Shown one piece after another: positions 9,039 to 12,977 of a stretch of DNA of 12,977 bases (position 1 is its first letter; each line of letters begins with the position of its first letter). Under the pieces are notes generated by a model. It was not told the origin of the DNA and did no database searches. It saw only the letters and a program-made list of their open reading frames with translations. The stretch is taken from positions 1-12,977 of the forward strand of contig NW_021826344.1 of NCBI RefSeq assembly GCF_006345805.1, given 5' to 3'. The DNA comes from Octopus sinensis (lineage: Eukaryota). Made by a program: the position numbers and the translations under genes.

Positions 9039-9271
9039 AAGGCGGTGAGCTGGCAGAATTGCTAGCACGCCGGACGAAATGCCTAGCGGTATTTCATCTG
9101 CCGCTACGTTCTGAGTTCAAATTCCGCCGAGGTCGACTTTGCCTTTCATCCTTTCGGGGTCGATAAATTAAGTACCAGTTACACACTAGTGTCGATGTAA
9201 TCGACTTAATCCGTTTGTTTGTCCTTGTTTGTCCCCTCTGTGTTTAGCCCCTTGTGGGTAGTAAAGAAATA
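9039..9271 (+). mobile_element. SINE family A, full length, 16-bp TSD (1 mismatch)
   Basis: Head ggcggtgagctggcagaattg and B-box-like gagttcaaattcc. TSD gatactaac(c/a)atttac at 9023-9038 and 9272-9287. Confidence 0.93.
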
Positions 9272-9359
9272 GATACTAACAATTTACTGGATGTCACAGT
9301 GAGTTACTTCGTTGAATTGCTTACTGAAACCTGCAAACTGGTTTGCTCATCTACTACAA

Positions 9360-9590
9360 AATGTATTAGTATAACGCTCAGGAATTGAAAAAGTCTTTTA
9401 CGTTTCGAGCCTATGCACTTCTTCAGAAAGGAACACAGAAAGAAACAAGGAGAGAAACAAGGAGAGAAAAAAAATGTGTATAGTGGCTAACGATCTATCA
9501 TGGCGACTGACGGACAGAAGGGTCACACAGGAGAGCGAAGAAGTAGGGGAGATAACAAAGTAAAGATGATCCCCAAAACGAAGGTGCGCG
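9360..9590 (-). mobile_element. Short hammerhead-bearing repeat (probable PLE terminal fragment)
   Basis: Same layout as 4945-5147 on the opposite strand. Boundaries are approximate. Confidence 0.55.
9395..9430 (-). ncRNA. Minimal type I hammerhead ribozyme motif
   Basis: Minus strand: CUUU CUGAAGA A GUGC auag GCUC GAAA CG UA AAAG. Intact core, stem I CUUU/AAAG, stem II with one U-U mismatch, GUA cleavage triplet. Confidence 0.65.
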
Positions 9591-10683
9591 CGCGTGTGTG
9601 TATATATATATACACCACACTTAAACACAATACTTTAATAAGTTCATACACTGTAACACTAACAATAGCTCACACTACCACACTCTTACTATCTATCATA
9701 CACGCTATATCCGCTATACCACAGCATTACACTACCATACTTCCACACTAGCCATCTAATTCCATTCCATTACCCCACCGCACTACCGCATCTACCACAT
9801 AATACGACCACGCTACATAAAACAACATATTATAATTGAGATGATGTCTATGATAATGATAATGTTTATAGCCATGATTATATTTACGATAAACATTCTG
9901 TAATCAAGATTATAAGGCAGAATGTATAGAAGATCAAACACCGAGTAACTAATTCACCCTGGCTTGCACAGATCGATAACCGGTAAAATATTCAGTTAGA
10001 TTTCACAAGGACAAATATTAAACATTTAATATCACAAACAGAACCTAATATTCATAAAGAGGTGGAGCTGGTGGCGGCGAATGTATCACAGGAGGGGGAA
10101 ATTTTATATGATTCTTTCTGAAACTGTAATATTTAATGGATTAGCTCTGACACAGTAAATCGTGGAGCGGGGGAAACAAACTGGAATCCCAAAGCTGTAC
10201 ATTGGTCAGAGTTGTCAATAAAATTTATTTCGTCATTTTAAACTAAGATCAAAGACATTAGCGACGATGTATGTTGGAATGGTTGACAGAAAGGCTTTTG
10301 ATCAGAAACCCGCTCAACCAAACGTTATTTGGTAACATTAAATAATGTTATTTATTAACGTTAACTTGTAACATTACGTCAACGGTTCCCAATATATTTT
10401 ATTCTTTTTTACAACTCTGACCTAATTTGACAAATCGATATTCATCTGTGACCTTTTTCCTTTCCTTTAGTGAACGTTTAAATGAAGAACAATTCCCCCC
10501 CCCCCCCCCAAACAAAGCGATTTATTACGTTTTAGAAATTTCTCGGCGAAAATATATTTAAAAAAACCCATTTGTTGCTAATGTTGCGTTGTGGCTTTTA
10601 TTATGCTGTATTGTTACTTGCGTTGTGGTTCTTAAATGCTGCCCTGTGGCTAATATCTTACGCCTATGACTTGCTGCATAACC

Positions 10684-10903
10684 CTCTTTTACTCTCTTAT
10701 ACTTGACTGCGGCCATGCTGGAGCTCCGCCTTTAGTCGAGCAAATCAACCCCAGGACTTATTCTTTGTAAGCCCAGTACTTATTCTATCGGTCTCTTTTG
10801 CCGAACCGCTAAGTGACGGGGACGTAAACACACCAGCATCGGTTATCAATGGGGGTGGGACAAACACAGATACACAAACACGTGCACACACATACACACA
10901 CAC

Positions 10904-10941
<38 letters not shown>

Positions 10942-11022
10942 CACATATACGACGGGCTTATTTCAGTTTCCGTCTACCAAATCCACTCACTAGGCTTTGG
11001 TCGGCGCGAGGCTATAGTAGAA
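10684..11022 (-). mobile_element. SINE family B lacking its tRNA head, with internal (CA)/(TA) tract
   Basis: Colinear with 11825-12156 and ends at gctatagtagaa. Confidence 0.9.
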
Positions 11023-11191
11023 TAATGATTAGGTGATGGTCTAGGGCTTAGGGACGGGAGACCCCAGATTTTGGAAAAAAAAATATGGTCGTCTTGTTGT
11101 AGTCGAGGGCTCTTCGTTGACGTCCGACACTACTTGGAGGTGGCCCTCGAAGTCGCTGGAAATGGAGATTTCCAGGTCCAAATTCTTGAAC

Positions 11192-11219
11192 GGCTGCTGC
11201 TGCTGCTGATGATGATGAC
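11192..11219. repeat. (CTG)n(ATG)n short microsatellite
   Basis: Direct. Confidence 0.8.
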
Positions 11220-11252
11220 GCCGATCAAAAACGTTGAGAGCACGTATAAAGT

Positions 11253-11380
11253 GCTGGGACTGGAGCAACGTAAAATGAACTTTTTGCTCAAGAACACAAA
11301 GCACGGATGGTTTGAGAATCGAAATCGTGATCTCAGAATCTTCAGTGCAACACCCCTAACTACTAAACCATATGCCTTCA
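11253..11380 (-). mobile_element. SINE family D head fragment (diverged)
   Basis: ggactggagcaacgtaaaatgaactttttgctcaagaacacaaagc...gaatcgaaatcgtga...gccttca aligns with about 1137-1260. Confidence 0.7.
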
Positions 11381-11561
11381 CACTAGTAATAGACAGTGTT
11401 TTGAAAGAATTGACTTCTTATGGGGATAATAATGATAATGGAACACTCCTCCCACATAACGAGTAGTATGCGCTAGTCGTTACAAATACTGTGAGTCGAG
11501 AGGTCGGCGAAGTCGGTCAAAGATAGTCTTAACTTGTTTACTCTATACTACATATATATAT

Positions 11562-11730
11562 GTAAAGTATACTAGCCATCTCAATATGGCTAACCACTAA
11601 GGGTCGATGTTACTGTAGCTTGTAGCCCCAGGAGATCATCGTCTCCAGCTGGCTTTATGTACTGGGCTACAAGCTACAGTAACACCGATCCTTAGTGGTT
11701 AGCCATATTGAGATGGCTAGTATACTTTAC
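11562..11730. repeat. Inverted repeat: 67-bp arms (11562-11628 / 11664-11730), 35-bp spacer
   Basis: The arms differ at 2 positions. Ends are gtaaagtatactagcc / ggctagtatactttac. Confidence 0.97.
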
Positions 11731-11779
11731 CTTGTCATGCAGTTACTGTTTACATCTCGTTCAGAGATTTATTATTGCA

Positions 11780-11810
<31 letters not shown>

Positions 11811-11824
11811 TAATATTCTTTTTT

Positions 11825-12020
11825 TCTTTTATTTGTTTCAGTTATTTGACTGCGGCAATGCTGGAGCACCACCTTTAGTCGTGCAAATCGACCCAGGACT
11901 TATTCTTTGTAAGCCTAGTACTTATTCTATAGGTCTTTCTTGCCGAACCGCTAATTGACGGGTATGTAAACACACCAGCATCGGTTGTCAAGCGATGTTG
12001 GGGGGGACAAACACAGATAC

Positions 12021-12075
<55 letters not shown>

Positions 12076-12248
12076 ATATATATATACGAGGCTTCTTTCA
12101 GTTTCCGTCTACCAAACCCACTCACAAGGCTTTGTCGGCTCGAGGCTATAGTAGAAGACACTTGCCCAAAGTGCCACGCAGTGGAACTGAACCCAAAACC
12201 ATGTGGTTGGTAAGCAAGGTACTTACCACACAGCCACTCCTGCACCTA
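11825..12248 (-). mobile_element. tRNA-derived SINE family B, full length
   Basis: Minus-strand head taggtgcaggagtggctgtgtggtaag...gggttcagttccactgcgtggcactttgggcaagtgtcttc, an internal (TA)n tract, and a 3' end shared with four other copies. Confidence 0.92.
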
Positions 12249-12278
12249 TATATATATATTATATATTATATATATATA

Positions 12279-12325
<47 letters not shown>

Positions 12326-12326
12326 A
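12248..12326. repeat. (TA)n microsatellite
   Basis: Direct. Confidence 0.9.
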
Positions 12327-12331
12327 CCCAC

Positions 12332-12640
12332 AAGGCAAAGAAGAAAACGGAGAAGATAATTAGTTGACAAACAACACCTTACAAACATCAATTTGATCTA
12401 TTAATTAATTAATTACAATCATATGGATAAATATATAAATGAGAATAAATAAGTAAATGCAATTTTACTCTACAGCTGTTTCCCCCAAAGTAGAAACAGC
12501 TGTAGGCGTAAAATTGCATTTACTTATTTATTTTCATTTATTTATTTATCCATATGACTGTAATTAATAAATAGATCAAATTAATGTTTGTAAGCTGATG
12601 TTCGTCAACTAATTATCTTCTCCGTTTTCTTCTTTGCCTT
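12332..12640. repeat. Long inverted repeat: arms 12332-12482 and 12493-12640, 10-bp spacer
   Basis: Manual alignment gives about 9 substitutions and 2 small indels over about 150 bp. The apex reads tacagctgtttc-ccccaaagta-gaaacagctgta. Confidence 0.97.
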
Positions 12641-12808
12641 ATAAATTCTGGGTAAGCTTTTGTTTACCTCCACTCATACCTATTATTTAATTGGGCTATA
12701 GCTTTACAACAGTAAGCATTTGGATATAAATACATAGGTATGCATCCAATAGTATATAGGATATTTATTATCCCTTAGATGGTTGTTTAACCTCTAACTC
12801 ATATAGAG

Positions 12809-12839
<31 letters not shown>

Positions 12840-12850
12840 TATATATATAT
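12809..12850. repeat. (TA)n microsatellite
   Basis: Direct. Confidence 0.9.
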
Positions 12851-12944
12851 CGTGAAGTATATTTGTCACTTAAATGTAGCTTCTCCACAAAATTCAGGCC
12901 CTGGCTTTTAGTAGAAGGATTAGTATTATTATTATTATTATTTT

Positions 12945-12977
12945 AAGGTGGCGTGCTGGCAGAATTGGTAGTACGCC
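12945..12977 (+). mobile_element. SINE family A 5' end, cut by the window edge
   Basis: aaggtggcgtgctggcagaattggtagtacgcc matches 9039-9071. Confidence 0.75.

Noticed and set aside
10003-10121. Short open frame ending ...SQTEPNIHKEVELVAANVSQEGEILYDSF*
   Set aside because: About 40 codons with no recognisable homology or clear splice signals; within chance expectation.
11041-11466. Overlapping ORFs of 83-131 aa
   Set aside because: They span a (CTG)/(ATG) repeat and a SINE fragment. No recognisable domain, though 11080-11190 is unexplained complex sequence.
1-12977. CRISPR array or prokaryotic system
   Set aside because: No regularly spaced direct repeats with unique spacers and no operon-like coding density. 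The content is metazoan-type repeat DNA.

Overview
AT-rich, repeat-saturated eukaryotic non-coding DNA (intron or intergenic) with no intact host gene. The SINE families and microsatellite load resemble an octopod cephalopod genome; this is an inference from recalled repeat families. The long ORFs in the track are microsatellite artefacts. The window contains: (i) two different Penelope-like element (PLE) GIY-YIG endonuclease relics, one almost intact and largely missed by the ORF track (322-830), one decayed and carrying an internal inverted duplication (about 2855-4215); (ii) three type I hammerhead-ribozyme motifs (4131-4194 +, 5014-5048 +, 9395-9430 -) plus half-motifs at the apex of a hairpin; (iii) three long fold-back inverted repeats (3198-3683, 11562-11730, 12332-12640), two of them built from PLE or PLE-like sequence; (iv) about 14 tRNA-derived SINE copies or fragments of four modular families, three with clear target-site duplications; (v) mariner and hAT transposase relics; (vi) large compound microsatellites.
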